From an uncultured bacterium (lineage in GTDB: Bacteria; T1Sed10-126): a stretch of DNA of 18,543 nucleotides. The stretch covers positions 1-18,543 of the forward strand of contig CAZMIT010000026.1 in the NCBI GenBank assembly GCA_964566495.1, read 5' to 3'. Below, piece after piece: positions 1 through 8,591 of the stretch. The position numbers and the translations under genes are program-made. The notes under the pieces were generated by a model, which saw only the letters and a list, made by a program, of their open reading frames with translations, made no database searches and was not told where the DNA came from. Each line of letters starts with the position of its first letter. Positions within the stretch are counted from its first letter, which is position 1.

Positions 1-674
1 GCTGCGAAAGGGGACCAGACGACGAAGTTGCTGTCCTGGTAAACAATTCGTTCTTCTTCCTTCAATTCTTCGCTAATTATATCGCAGAAAATACACCGTT
101 TCTTATCCAGGTAATGTTCGCGTGCTCCCTCTAACTTTTCCTTTACCCGCTTCGGTGTGACAGAAAGGGCGATAATCTGGCTGTGTGGGTGAGCGAGAGT
201 TGCGCCGGCGGAGCGCCCCTTATTTTTAAAAACCAGTATGTAACGAAATCGGCGGTCTTTACGCAGGTCCTGGACACGTCGCTGGTAGGCTTCAAGAACG
301 CGTTCCATTTGTTCGGGCTTGTAATCAGGGATATCGTGGCTATGTTCCGGCGTTTCTATCACCACTTCGTGAGCACCTATACCGTTCATCAGGTCGAACA
401 TACCTCGCCCCTCACGGTTGAGTTTTCCTTCAATAGCGAGCGCCGGATATTTGTTGGGGACCACCCGTACCTGCCATTCAGAATGTTTTGCATCTCGAGG
501 TCTAATTGCAAAAATTTCTGGGGGAGTCATATCTTCATTGCCGGGGTCAAAAGGACAGTATTCCTGGTCTTTTTGAGAATAATTATTGGCCTCAAAATCC
601 TCCGGTCGGTGGCCCCTCTCTTCAGCAATTATTACCCAGGTTTCTGTTATTGGGTCTTTTCTAAACTGTGGCAT
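1..674 (-). CDS. galT: GalT-family (HIT-like) nucleotidyltransferase, galactose-1-phosphate uridylyltransferase-like; 3' end lies outside the window
   Basis: Hand translation from ATG at 674: MPQFRKDPITETWVIIAEERGHRP...CPFDPGNE...WQVRVVPNKYPAL...GAHEVVIETPEH...FKNKGRSAGATLAHPHSQI...CIFCD. The HPHSQ catalytic motif is at 177-191 and an AGGAGG Shine-Dalgarno is at 685-690. The frame is open to the window edge, so it is not in the ORF track. Confidence 0.92.
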   Translation of the reverse strand, partial: MPQFRKDPITETWVIIAEERGHRPEDFEANNYSQKDQEYCPFDPGNEDMTPPEIFAIRPRDAKHSEWQVRVVPNKYPALAIEGKLNREGRGMFDLMNGIGAHEVVIETPEHSHDIPDYKPEQMERVLEAYQRRVQDLRKDRRFRYILVFKNKGRSAGATLAHPHSQIIALSVTPKRVKEKLEGAREHYLDKKRCIFCDIISEELKEEERIVYQDSNFVVWSPFA

Positions 675-694
675 TAGGGATTAACCTCCTGAAA

Positions 695-2653
695 TTATTG
701 GTTCATGTCAGTCCACTCGCAGTTAAGCACCAGGTTGTTCGAATGAGTCAAAAAGATAAGGGCAGTGCCCTGGTAAATTTTCTCGGCATCCGCTTCAGAG
801 CGGGTTATAGAGTTTATCGGGTAAGCGATTAATTCTACCTTTTCTGGAAGCTCCAGAGTTATCTCTATCTCAGCCGGTCGATCGATTAGTTGTAGTGAAT
901 TTATATGCCGCGAGAGTCTCTCTGTGACTGGTAGCGCCTGTCCCTCAATCTTGAGTTGACAATCGGACTCTTTTGGCGAACGAAAACCAAAGGTTAACTC
1001 CGTTCCCCAGCGACAGTCGCTGCGGTAGTCGGCCCGCCAGCTTAATTTGTTGTCGTAAAGTTCATAATTGACCGCTAATCCCTGATTAGGATAAAAAAGT
1101 TCAAATTTATTTTGTTCGCAATTAACTCTGGAAGGCTGCTGATTTTCCATGAAATAAACGCTCTGTTCGACCGGTTGTCCCTTGGGGAGTTGTAGCGGCT
1201 GGAAGCCGGCACGACTAACGCTGTCTTCGTGCCACTCCTGTAGCCATGCGCTTGGAACTTTCACATGCTGGTGGTGAATAGTATCCACCGAGGCATCTTC
1301 GTCGGATGTTGGTTTTTCCTCTTCAAGATAAGCTTCCCAGGACCTGGTTAAGGTATCCAGCACATTTCGAGCCGCCGGGAAAAGTATCCAGGCCTCAAGA
1401 CTACCGCCGTTAGCGGGCGAACAGACCAGGAAATTATTGTCGTTTGAAACAATTATTTCGTTGCGACCGGTGTGCTTAAAATCTACTTCTTGAGGCGGTA
1501 GATCGGGGATATCACTTTTTTTAAGCGCCTGTGCGAGGTTGAACCAGTTGCTGGATCGCAGATGAGGAAGGGCAAGTCCCCCAAATATACCGTGCCAGTA
1601 GGAGTCGTTGCACTGTGCTTTCAACAGATGATCGTAGGCCTCGGGATTATTCTCTGGATCGAGGTGTTTGCTCAACCATAGGCTCATCTTGTGCATACGG
1701 TTGCTCTCCGGATATTTGACAAGAAAGTGTTGAAAATGTCCGCCTCGTAGATATTGCTGCTCACTCTCGTTCAACTTCTCTTTGACCTGTTCATACTCCC
1801 GTTTTTTATCAGGGGGTAGCACCCACTCCTGCATTTCCTGGTAGGAAGTGGTCGGTAGGTAGCAACCGCCGGAAGCGGGGTTGGAATCGTAGTAATCCCC
1901 CAGGCTGACCAAATTTATTTCGCCCCTGTCAGCGGCTGCAAAGAAACGTTTGAGCCAGCCATCCTCATAGACCCATTTATCAGTTTCCGGCCAGCTGCCA
2001 AACTTTTCAGCATCATCTGCCATTGTAAGTCCTCGACCACTCTGCTGGTTAATAAATTCAGAAATAGTTTTGACTTCAGCAAAAGGAACCTTGTAGCGTA
2101 GTTGCTTGCTAATCGGGAAAATAGAGAGACTCTCACCGTCGTATTCCGTTTGATAGTAACCGGACAGCCGATCGATATCCCAGCCGGCGGCCTGGAAGTG
2201 AAAGTCGTCGACGGTTGTATATTCAATGCCGGCCTCCCGCAAATCTGCCGGCAGTTCGGGACTCCAGATGCGCTCCGTGAGCCAGGCGCCCCGGGGGCAT
2301 ACTGAAAATGTATCTTCGATAAAGCGGCGGTGTTTTTCAAGCTGCCGCCGTCTGTCATCCCGCGGGATTAACGACAAAATAGGTTCGTAAAATCCACCGA
2401 CCAGCGGTTCCAGCCGTCCCGCTTCAATCAACTCACCAATCAGGTCAATCACTTCCGGACGGTTGTTCATCCACCAGTTGTAAAGTATCCCCGAAGCGTG
2501 ATAGCTGATAGGTCCGCAGGAATGTTCTCTAAAGGTCCGCAGGAAGGGAAGGTATGATTCGTTGGTTATTTGCTCAAAAACTTTCTTGAAGTTGCCCACC
2601 GGCTGGTGGGCGTGCAGGGCAAAAATTAACTGTGTGGTCTCTACGCTGTCCAT
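695..2653 (-). CDS. GH57 alpha-amylase / 4-alpha-glucanotransferase-type glycoside hydrolase
   Basis: 652 aa. GH57 conserved regions HAHQP, GGFYEPIL, WLTERIW (nucleophile Glu), DDAEKFG (acid/base Asp) and AQCNDSYWHG. GGAGG SD upstream; 13-bp overlap with the upstream GH57 gene. Confidence 0.9.
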   Translation of the reverse strand: MDSVETTQLIFALHAHQPVGNFKKVFEQITNESYLPFLRTFREHSCGPISYHASGILYNWWMNNRPEVIDLIGELIEAGRLEPLVGGFYEPILSLIPRDDRRRQLEKHRRFIEDTFSVCPRGAWLTERIWSPELPADLREAGIEYTTVDDFHFQAAGWDIDRLSGYYQTEYDGESLSIFPISKQLRYKVPFAEVKTISEFINQQSGRGLTMADDAEKFGSWPETDKWVYEDGWLKRFFAAADRGEINLVSLGDYYDSNPASGGCYLPTTSYQEMQEWVLPPDKKREYEQVKEKLNESEQQYLRGGHFQHFLVKYPESNRMHKMSLWLSKHLDPENNPEAYDHLLKAQCNDSYWHGIFGGLALPHLRSSNWFNLAQALKKSDIPDLPPQEVDFKHTGRNEIIVSNDNNFLVCSPANGGSLEAWILFPAARNVLDTLTRSWEAYLEEEKPTSDEDASVDTIHHQHVKVPSAWLQEWHEDSVSRAGFQPLQLPKGQPVEQSVYFMENQQPSRVNCEQNKFELFYPNQGLAVNYELYDNKLSWRADYRSDCRWGTELTFGFRSPKESDCQLKIEGQALPVTERLSRHINSLQLIDRPAEIEITLELPEKVELIAYPINSITRSEADAEKIYQGTALIFLTHSNNLVLNCEWTDMNQ

Positions 2654-4743
2654 TCGCTTGCCTCCGTTTTCTTGTCTAATAGTGGTATAGCCAGTTTTTC
2701 TCTGACCGGAAATCTTTCAAAAATTGTATTGCCTTTGCGGAAAATTAGCTGAAAATTACAATAGTCTCCTGGTTTTAAGGCTGTCTCTGTCAGTGGTATT
2801 TTACACTCCAAAATTTGTCCGTAAGCCCAGGCTGAATTGTCCACTGGCCGGGACTCTTCAGCAAGCTTCAGTTTGCCGTTATTTTTTTGTAACGGTCCCA
2901 GTTCAAAACAGCTTCCATTGACGGTTAATCGACAGAGAGAATCGTCTTCCGGTCGCTGCGAGAAGCTGACGTAGAAATAAATGAAATTTTCATCGGAACC
3001 ACAGCGAATAGTTTCTATACGGTCCGTGCTGCGGGCCATCGAGCCGCTAGAACTGGAAGTTATAATTTTTGCTGCTCCCCACCACTCCCAGTAGTGGCTT
3101 TCTCTTCCTTCAATTTCTGGTGAAATAAAGTTTCGGGGAGGTTCATAGCCGGGCGACTCGGTCGAGTGCAGCGGGTAGTGCAGGTAAGAAGGTTCGGGGT
3201 GTCCGCCTCGTTTATAAATGTAGATCAAGTTTTCTCTGAACAATCGGTCAAATTTTTCGTCGTCTTCTGAATGGAAGGGTTCACCATACCACCAGAACCA
3301 GTCGCTGCCCTGGGCAGCGTATAAAGCGCGCCAGCAGTCGTTGGCCTGCTCTTCGTCCAGGTTCTCCCAGCTGTGTAGAGCCTCCCGGGTCTCGGCCAGT
3401 AATTCCCAGGCCCGCACGTCCTCGCTGCTTCCCCCCCAGATGTTAAAGTCGCCGTTGATCCATGAACCAGCGCCCATTCTGTCAAAGCTGGTGAGATTGT
3501 GTTTTTCCTGCAGATATTTTTTCGGTGTTATAGTCTGAAACTGATCCGATTTATTAAAACGGGAATAAAGCTGATCAAGAAAATTTTCCCCACCGCCGGA
3601 AAAATGTTCCCAGGGGTTTTCACCGTCGAGAATGACGGTCAGTAACCTCTCCGGTTGAGGTTTTGTAGTATTTTTGATTTGCTCCAGCCGTTTAAAGAAG
3701 TCATTTACAGCATCACTCGATTCCAGGCGCGAATAGTCAAATCCGATCAAATCGCTGAGTTTCGTGTCCCGAAAGAAAACCGGCATCCTGTTTTTCCAGG
3801 AATAGGCCTGGAATTTATTCGTCTTCTGACCGAAGGTCCTATGCAGTAGTGCTTCGTCTGTTGCAATCCAGCGAAAGTCACATTCGTCAACCAGGTTCAT
3901 GAAGCTCTCGCTAACGCTACCTTCGGAAGGCCACAGGCCTACCGAGTCAATATCAAAGTATTTCTGCGCGGCGTTTTTAGCCTCTCGCAGGTGCCAGCGG
4001 ACATCGCCGGGCCAGCTGATATCACGCTCCGGTTGGGGGACATCGGGCATTGCTTCCTCAATGTCCGAGTAGTTGCAGAGCAGAGGGGCTATTGGGTGGA
4101 AGTAGGGATTTACTGAAATTTCTACGGCTGTCTTGTGGCAGATTTTTTTCCAGCGTGGTAGTAGTTCAGTCAGAAGCTTTTCCTCTATTTCCCTAACTCT
4201 GGCCTTATCTTCAGTGGTAAAACCGGTGCCCTTCTCTCTGAATTTCTCGATTTCCGGATATTTTTTTAATGCTGAAAACCCGAACCACATCAAAGTCCCC
4301 CAGATCTGGCAGTCTCTAATAACATCGTCGTTCCAGTGTAATACCTGTCCGGCGGAGTTCTCTCTTCGTTCGGCCTCCCAGCGAGCTCTAATTTGCTCCA
4401 GCTCCGGGTAGGGCTTGATCATTGTGGTCGGATTAGCGCGAAAACTTCCGCGAACGAGCTGGTAACGTTCTTCCGGGGAAAGTTCAGAGGCGGCTTTCTC
4501 CCGCAGTTGCTGCATCTTGTCCTGACGACCGTTAACATATTCTTCCACCTGTTTGAGCAGGGCGGGTGACCAGTTGAAAGTTACGGCCGTTTCAGGGTGT
4601 CGTTCAATCATTTCAGCCATGTCGTGGTATTCTTTTAGAGAGTGCAGGCGAACCCAGGGTAAAGTGAACATTTCGTCCCCGACGGCGCGGTAATATGGCT
4701 GGTGCAGGTGCCAGATAATATTTACTTTCAATTTTTTACTCAT
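2641..4743 (-). CDS. GH57 amylopullulanase-type glycoside hydrolase, no signal peptide
   Basis: 700 aa. Motifs WHLHQP, LPWVRLH, PYFHPIAPL, WPSEGSVS, LDGENPWE and AQGSDWFWW. 4-bp ATGA overlap with the glgA stop. Confidence 0.9.
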   Translation of the reverse strand: MSKKLKVNIIWHLHQPYYRAVGDEMFTLPWVRLHSLKEYHDMAEMIERHPETAVTFNWSPALLKQVEEYVNGRQDKMQQLREKAASELSPEERYQLVRGSFRANPTTMIKPYPELEQIRARWEAERRENSAGQVLHWNDDVIRDCQIWGTLMWFGFSALKKYPEIEKFREKGTGFTTEDKARVREIEEKLLTELLPRWKKICHKTAVEISVNPYFHPIAPLLCNYSDIEEAMPDVPQPERDISWPGDVRWHLREAKNAAQKYFDIDSVGLWPSEGSVSESFMNLVDECDFRWIATDEALLHRTFGQKTNKFQAYSWKNRMPVFFRDTKLSDLIGFDYSRLESSDAVNDFFKRLEQIKNTTKPQPERLLTVILDGENPWEHFSGGGENFLDQLYSRFNKSDQFQTITPKKYLQEKHNLTSFDRMGAGSWINGDFNIWGGSSEDVRAWELLAETREALHSWENLDEEQANDCWRALYAAQGSDWFWWYGEPFHSEDDEKFDRLFRENLIYIYKRGGHPEPSYLHYPLHSTESPGYEPPRNFISPEIEGRESHYWEWWGAAKIITSSSSGSMARSTDRIETIRCGSDENFIYFYVSFSQRPEDDSLCRLTVNGSCFELGPLQKNNGKLKLAEESRPVDNSAWAYGQILECKIPLTETALKPGDYCNFQLIFRKGNTIFERFPVREKLAIPLLDKKTEASEWTA

Positions 4744-6173
4744 TCTATTTCCTCCGCAAGAGAATCATAAATTTGTGCGTATTTATCGGCTGAACGCTCC
4801 CAGGAAAAATCCCTTTCAAATCCGTTTTGCTGGAGCAGTTTCCAGATTTCTGGCTGTTCTCTGTAACAATTAACGGCGTCTTCGATTCTTTGTTTAACAT
4901 TTTCAGGGGTGAGGTTTTTGAAGCTAAAGCCGGTCGCCTGGTCCCTGTTAGTTTTTTCCAGGTCGTTGACCGTGTCGGCCAGTCCGCCGGTTCGGTGAAC
5001 GACCGGGACTGTCCCATATTGCGAACAGTAAAGTTGATTCAAACCACAGGGTTCGAAGCGGCTGGGCATACAGTAGATGTCGCTGGCTGCTACAATCCTG
5101 TGGGCCAGCTCCTCGTCAAAATCGATTATGGCCCGAACGCGTCCGGGAAATTCACTCTCCCATTGCTTCAGCCCCGCTTCAAGTTCGGCCTCCCCGGTAC
5201 CAAGGAAAATCCAGCGTGCCGGCAGGCGGCTGAGCTCCCGCCTCATGTTAAGCAGGAGGTCAATACCCTTCTGCTGGGCCAGTCTGCTGACCGTCCCGAT
5301 CAGTGGTAAATCGCTGCCGTTTTTAAGACCATATTCCTGCAATAAATTATTTTTAAGTCGCTTTTTTCCAGAAATATCGCTGGCAGAAAATTGTTCGTCT
5401 TCTTCCAGGTAGGGATCAGTTTCAGAGTTCCACCTCTGGCTGTCAATCCCGTTAATAATTCCTGTGAGTTTTTCGCTTTCTTCTCGGATAACCCCTTCCA
5501 GTCCCTCGCCAAACTGTGGCGTTTGAATTTCTTCGGCGTAAGTGGGGCTGACAGTTGTTAATCGGTCGGAGGCTGTTATCCCGGCCTTCATCAAGTTCAA
5601 TTTTCCATAATATTCAGACCAGCAAGGCGAAAAACGGTGGTTGGGAAGACCGCTTAAATAGAAAGAACTGGCCGGGAAAATACCCTGGTGCTGCAGGTTG
5701 TGAATAGTGAATAGAGTCTGAAATCGGGAGTGTTTAAAGCGTGATCTGAGGTAAAGAGGAACGAGGCCGGTAAACCAGTCGTGTGCGTGGATGATGGCGG
5801 AGCTGTCGTGTCTGCTGATATACTGGACGGCGGCCCGGGAGAAGAAGATAAACCGTCTATCGTTGTCCGGATAGGGACCGGCGTCTGTTCCGTAATATTC
5901 TTCCCGGTTAAAAAATTGCTGGTCTTTAATTAAAATCACTTCAACGCCGTCAATGGTTGTTTGGCCGTAAGTGGCTAATCTACGCTCGTTGCCCAGTTCG
6001 ACAATCGTCCTGTCTATTTTTGGTGCTTCAAGGTTTTTATACCAGGGCATTATAATTGAAGCGTCGTATCCCTGCTGTTTTAGAATTACGGGAAGGGTTC
6101 CGCAGACGTCAGCCAATCCACCGGTTTTAGCGAGTGGCACCGCTTCAGTACTGATAAATCTTATTTTCTTCAT
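4740..6173 (-). CDS. glgA: Glycogen synthase (GT5)
   Basis: 477 aa. KTGGLADV, HAHDW, FTIHNL, TVSPTYAEEI, SRLAQQKG, PSRFEPCGL and TGGLADTV motifs. AAGGTGA SD at 6180-6186 on the minus strand. Confidence 0.97.
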   Translation of the reverse strand: MKKIRFISTEAVPLAKTGGLADVCGTLPVILKQQGYDASIIMPWYKNLEAPKIDRTIVELGNERRLATYGQTTIDGVEVILIKDQQFFNREEYYGTDAGPYPDNDRRFIFFSRAAVQYISRHDSSAIIHAHDWFTGLVPLYLRSRFKHSRFQTLFTIHNLQHQGIFPASSFYLSGLPNHRFSPCWSEYYGKLNLMKAGITASDRLTTVSPTYAEEIQTPQFGEGLEGVIREESEKLTGIINGIDSQRWNSETDPYLEEDEQFSASDISGKKRLKNNLLQEYGLKNGSDLPLIGTVSRLAQQKGIDLLLNMRRELSRLPARWIFLGTGEAELEAGLKQWESEFPGRVRAIIDFDEELAHRIVAASDIYCMPSRFEPCGLNQLYCSQYGTVPVVHRTGGLADTVNDLEKTNRDQATGFSFKNLTPENVKQRIEDAVNCYREQPEIWKLLQQNGFERDFSWERSADKYAQIYDSLAEEIE

Positions 6174-6278
6174 AAAAAATCACCTTTAAATGTTTATTTC
6201 CCTGTAAAGTGTCCATATATTTTGTCATAATTATTGCTGTTTGGTAAGTTACTAACTACTTTAGACAGGAGGTTTTTA
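6174..6278. promoter_or_regulatory. Divergent glgA/glgC promoter region
   Basis: AT-rich 105-bp gap between divergent starts with an SD at each end. Candidate extended -10 TG-T-CATAAT at 6223-6231 on the plus strand; no good -35. Confidence 0.5.
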
Positions 6279-7532
6279 ATGATGCGTAACGTACTTTCAA
6301 TAATTATGGCCGGGGGAAGAGGATCGCGTTTAATGCCCTTGACCGAGCATCGCACAAAACCAGCTGTGCCTTTCGGGGGACCCTACAGATTAATTGATTT
6401 TACCCTTTCTAATTGTATTAATTCCGGCTCGCGTAAGATAGTTATTTTGACCCAGTATAAGTCGAGTTCACTGACACGTCATTTAAACTCTGCCTGGAAT
6501 ATATTTAGCCGTGACCTGGGAGAATTCATTGAGGTTCATCCACCTCAGCAGCGGGGTCGGGATACCTGGTATATGGGAACCGCTGATGCAATCTACCAGA
6601 ATCTTTTTGCCATAGACGCCGTAGACCCGGAACAGGTCCTAATTCTCAGTGGCGATCATATTTACAAGATGAATTACCAGAAAATGGTTCATGAACACCG
6701 TGACACCGATGCTGCAGCAACCATAGCAGTTACTGACGTCTCACGGGAGGAGGCGACTGAGTTCGGTGTTATGCAGGTTGACGAGGACTTTAGAGTAATA
6801 GGATTTCAGGAGAAACCGGACGACCCGATGCCAATGCCCAACAATCCTGACCGCTGTCTCGTTTCCATGGGAATTTACTGTTTTGATAGCGGAATCCTAA
6901 ATAATTATTTGCTTGAGGATGCGAAGGACGAAGACTCCAGTCACGATTTTGGAAACGACGTGTTACCCAAGATGGTGGAGAGCGGCGATCGAGTGCAAGC
7001 TCACTGGTTTGAAGATGAAAACCGAGGGACCGAGGGGGAAAAGCGCTATTGGCGCGATGTAGGAACTGTTCGCTCTTTTTACGAGGCGAACATGGACCTG
7101 GTCAGCGTTTCACCCCAGTTTAATCTCTATGATAAAAAATGGCCCGTGAGAACTTACCACGGCCAGTATCCGCCCGCTAAGTTTGTTTTTGACGACGAGG
7201 ATCGGCGTGGAGTCGCTGTCGATTCTATCGTTTCGCAGGGGGTAATTTTAAGCGGAGGTAAAGTTCGCCGTTCCATATTATCCCCCGGGGTAAAGGTGCG
7301 CTCCGGTAGTCTGGTCGAGGATTCGATTATTATGGATGGTGCAACCGTTGAACGTGACTGTCACATTTCGGGGGCAATCATTGATAAAAACGCTACTATT
7401 GAGGCGGGAACTTGTCTGATTGGTGATGCTGAGGAAAAACATGAGGATCACTATTATACAGGCGATGGAATTGTGGTTGTGCGTCGTGATTATCCCGATA
7501 ACGAGTTCCACTCCGATATTGGTAAAATGTGA
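6279..7532 (+). CDS. glgC: Glucose-1-phosphate adenylyltransferase (ADP-glucose pyrophosphorylase)
   Basis: MAGGRGSRLMPLTEHRTKPAVPFGG, GTADAIYQN, SGDHIYKM, FQEKP, SMGIY, DFGNDV, YWRDVGT and a C-terminal beta-helix. Start moved from the TTG at 6234 to the ATG at 6279 (or 6282), which follows AGGAGG at 6267-6272. Confidence 0.97.
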   Translation: MMRNVLSIIMAGGRGSRLMPLTEHRTKPAVPFGGPYRLIDFTLSNCINSGSRKIVILTQYKSSSLTRHLNSAWNIFSRDLGEFIEVHPPQQRGRDTWYMGTADAIYQNLFAIDAVDPEQVLILSGDHIYKMNYQKMVHEHRDTDAAATIAVTDVSREEATEFGVMQVDEDFRVIGFQEKPDDPMPMPNNPDRCLVSMGIYCFDSGILNNYLLEDAKDEDSSHDFGNDVLPKMVESGDRVQAHWFEDENRGTEGEKRYWRDVGTVRSFYEANMDLVSVSPQFNLYDKKWPVRTYHGQYPPAKFVFDDEDRRGVAVDSIVSQGVILSGGKVRRSILSPGVKVRSGSLVEDSIIMDGATVERDCHISGAIIDKNATIEAGTCLIGDAEEKHEDHYYTGDGIVVVRRDYPDNEFHSDIGKM

Positions 7533-8371
7533 CGCCAATGGACGTTAAGCCTGACTGGCTTCGTATAAAAGTGGGGAAGCCCGGCAGTAGCAGTCGGGTT
7601 CGAAAGGTCCTGGATCAGGAGGGACTCAATACTGTTTGTGAGGAAGCCGGCTGCCCCAATCGCTTTGAGTGCTGGTCCGAGGGGACGGCTACTTTTATGT
7701 TGCTGGGGGATGTTTGCACTCGTAGCTGTTCGTTTTGTGGCGTGACCTCCGGTTCGCCAGAAGAGCCGGAACCCAGGGAAGCTCACCGGATTGCAGTTGC
7801 AGTCTCGGAGCTTGAGCTTGACTACGTTGTTCTTACCTCTGTTGCACGTGATGACCTGGCTGATGGTGGAGCAGCGCACTGGTCTAATGTGGTTGCAAGA
7901 GTTGAGAATCGGAACCCCGGTGTTGGCATCGAAGTGCTCATACCTGATTTTCAGGGCAATGAGGCGGCGTTGGCGACAATTATTGCCGCCAGTCCGCAGG
8001 TGCTCAACCACAACCTTGAAACTGTTCCCCGTCTTTATCCCGAAATTCGTCCCGAAGCATCTTACAAGGGGTCGCTGGCGCTGCTTGAGCGAGCGGCAAA
8101 ATCAGATGTTAAGACTAAGTCCGGCTTTATGCTCGGGCTGGGGGAGAAAAAAAGCGAGGTGGACTCTCTGTTGAGAGATTTGCGTTCTGCAGGGGTAGAA
8201 CTGTTAACTATTGGGCAGTATCTCCAGCCTTCGTCTGAAAATATTCCTGTTCGCCGCTGGGTGAAGCCGTCGGAATTTGAGCGCTGGGAGGAGCGGGCCC
8301 GGTCGCTTGGTTTTACCGGCATCGAATCGGCTCCCCTGGTACGTTCTTCCTATCATGCCGCCCGGCAGTAA
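7529..8371 (+). CDS. lipA: Lipoyl synthase (radical SAM)
   Basis: CEEAGCPNRFEC (CX4CX5C), CTRSCSFC (CX3CX2C), NHNLETV, GQYLQPS and C-terminal RSSY. The GTG start overlaps the glgC TGA; an alternative ATG is at 7538. Confidence 0.97.
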   Translation: MTPMDVKPDWLRIKVGKPGSSSRVRKVLDQEGLNTVCEEAGCPNRFECWSEGTATFMLLGDVCTRSCSFCGVTSGSPEEPEPREAHRIAVAVSELELDYVVLTSVARDDLADGGAAHWSNVVARVENRNPGVGIEVLIPDFQGNEAALATIIAASPQVLNHNLETVPRLYPEIRPEASYKGSLALLERAAKSDVKTKSGFMLGLGEKKSEVDSLLRDLRSAGVELLTIGQYLQPSSENIPVRRWVKPSEFERWEERARSLGFTGIESAPLVRSSYHAARQ

Positions 8372-8405
8372 AAAAACTACATTTTTCGCTGTCGGAATCT
8401 ATCGA

Positions 8406-8443
8406 GCTCAGCACGTCATTGTTGAGCGTAGTCCGCAATGACG
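8406..8443. repeat. Degenerate CGTC-type REP-like palindrome
   Basis: CGTCATTG (8414-8421) and CAATGACG (8436-8443) form a perfect 8-bp inverted repeat. An alternative stem is GCTCAGCA (8406-8413) / TGTTGAGC (8420-8427). Confidence 0.45.
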
Positions 8444-8451
8444 AAACCGTT

Positions 8452-8578
8452 GGAAGGTTCTGTTTCAACGACAGAACCTACCGAAGGGTTCCAAAATTCC
8501 TTCCCCCCTCCCCTTAACCCAGCTCTTTCCCAGTAAAGGGCTGGGGGGGAGATGCTCCGGTAGGTTTTGTTTTAACGA
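8452..8578. repeat. GTAG-type REP-like doublet enclosing a GC-rich hairpin
   Basis: Hairpin AGGTTCTGT-ttcaacg-ACAGAACCT followed by ACCG (reads CGGTAGG on the minus strand) within 8452-8483. An inverted partner CGGTAGGTTTTGT is at 8558-8570. Inner stem CCCAGCTCTTT (8518-8528) / AAAGGGCTGGG (8535-8545). Confidence 0.55.
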
Positions 8579-8591
8579 AGAAAAGTCTGTT

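Noticed and set aside
183..677. 164-aa plus-strand ORF
   Set aside because: Antisense shadow of the GalT-like gene, which has the motifs and the SD.
6202..6216. cre-like (CcpA) site TGTAAAGTGTCCAT in the glg spacer
   Set aside because: Lacks the central CG and a matching right half-site.
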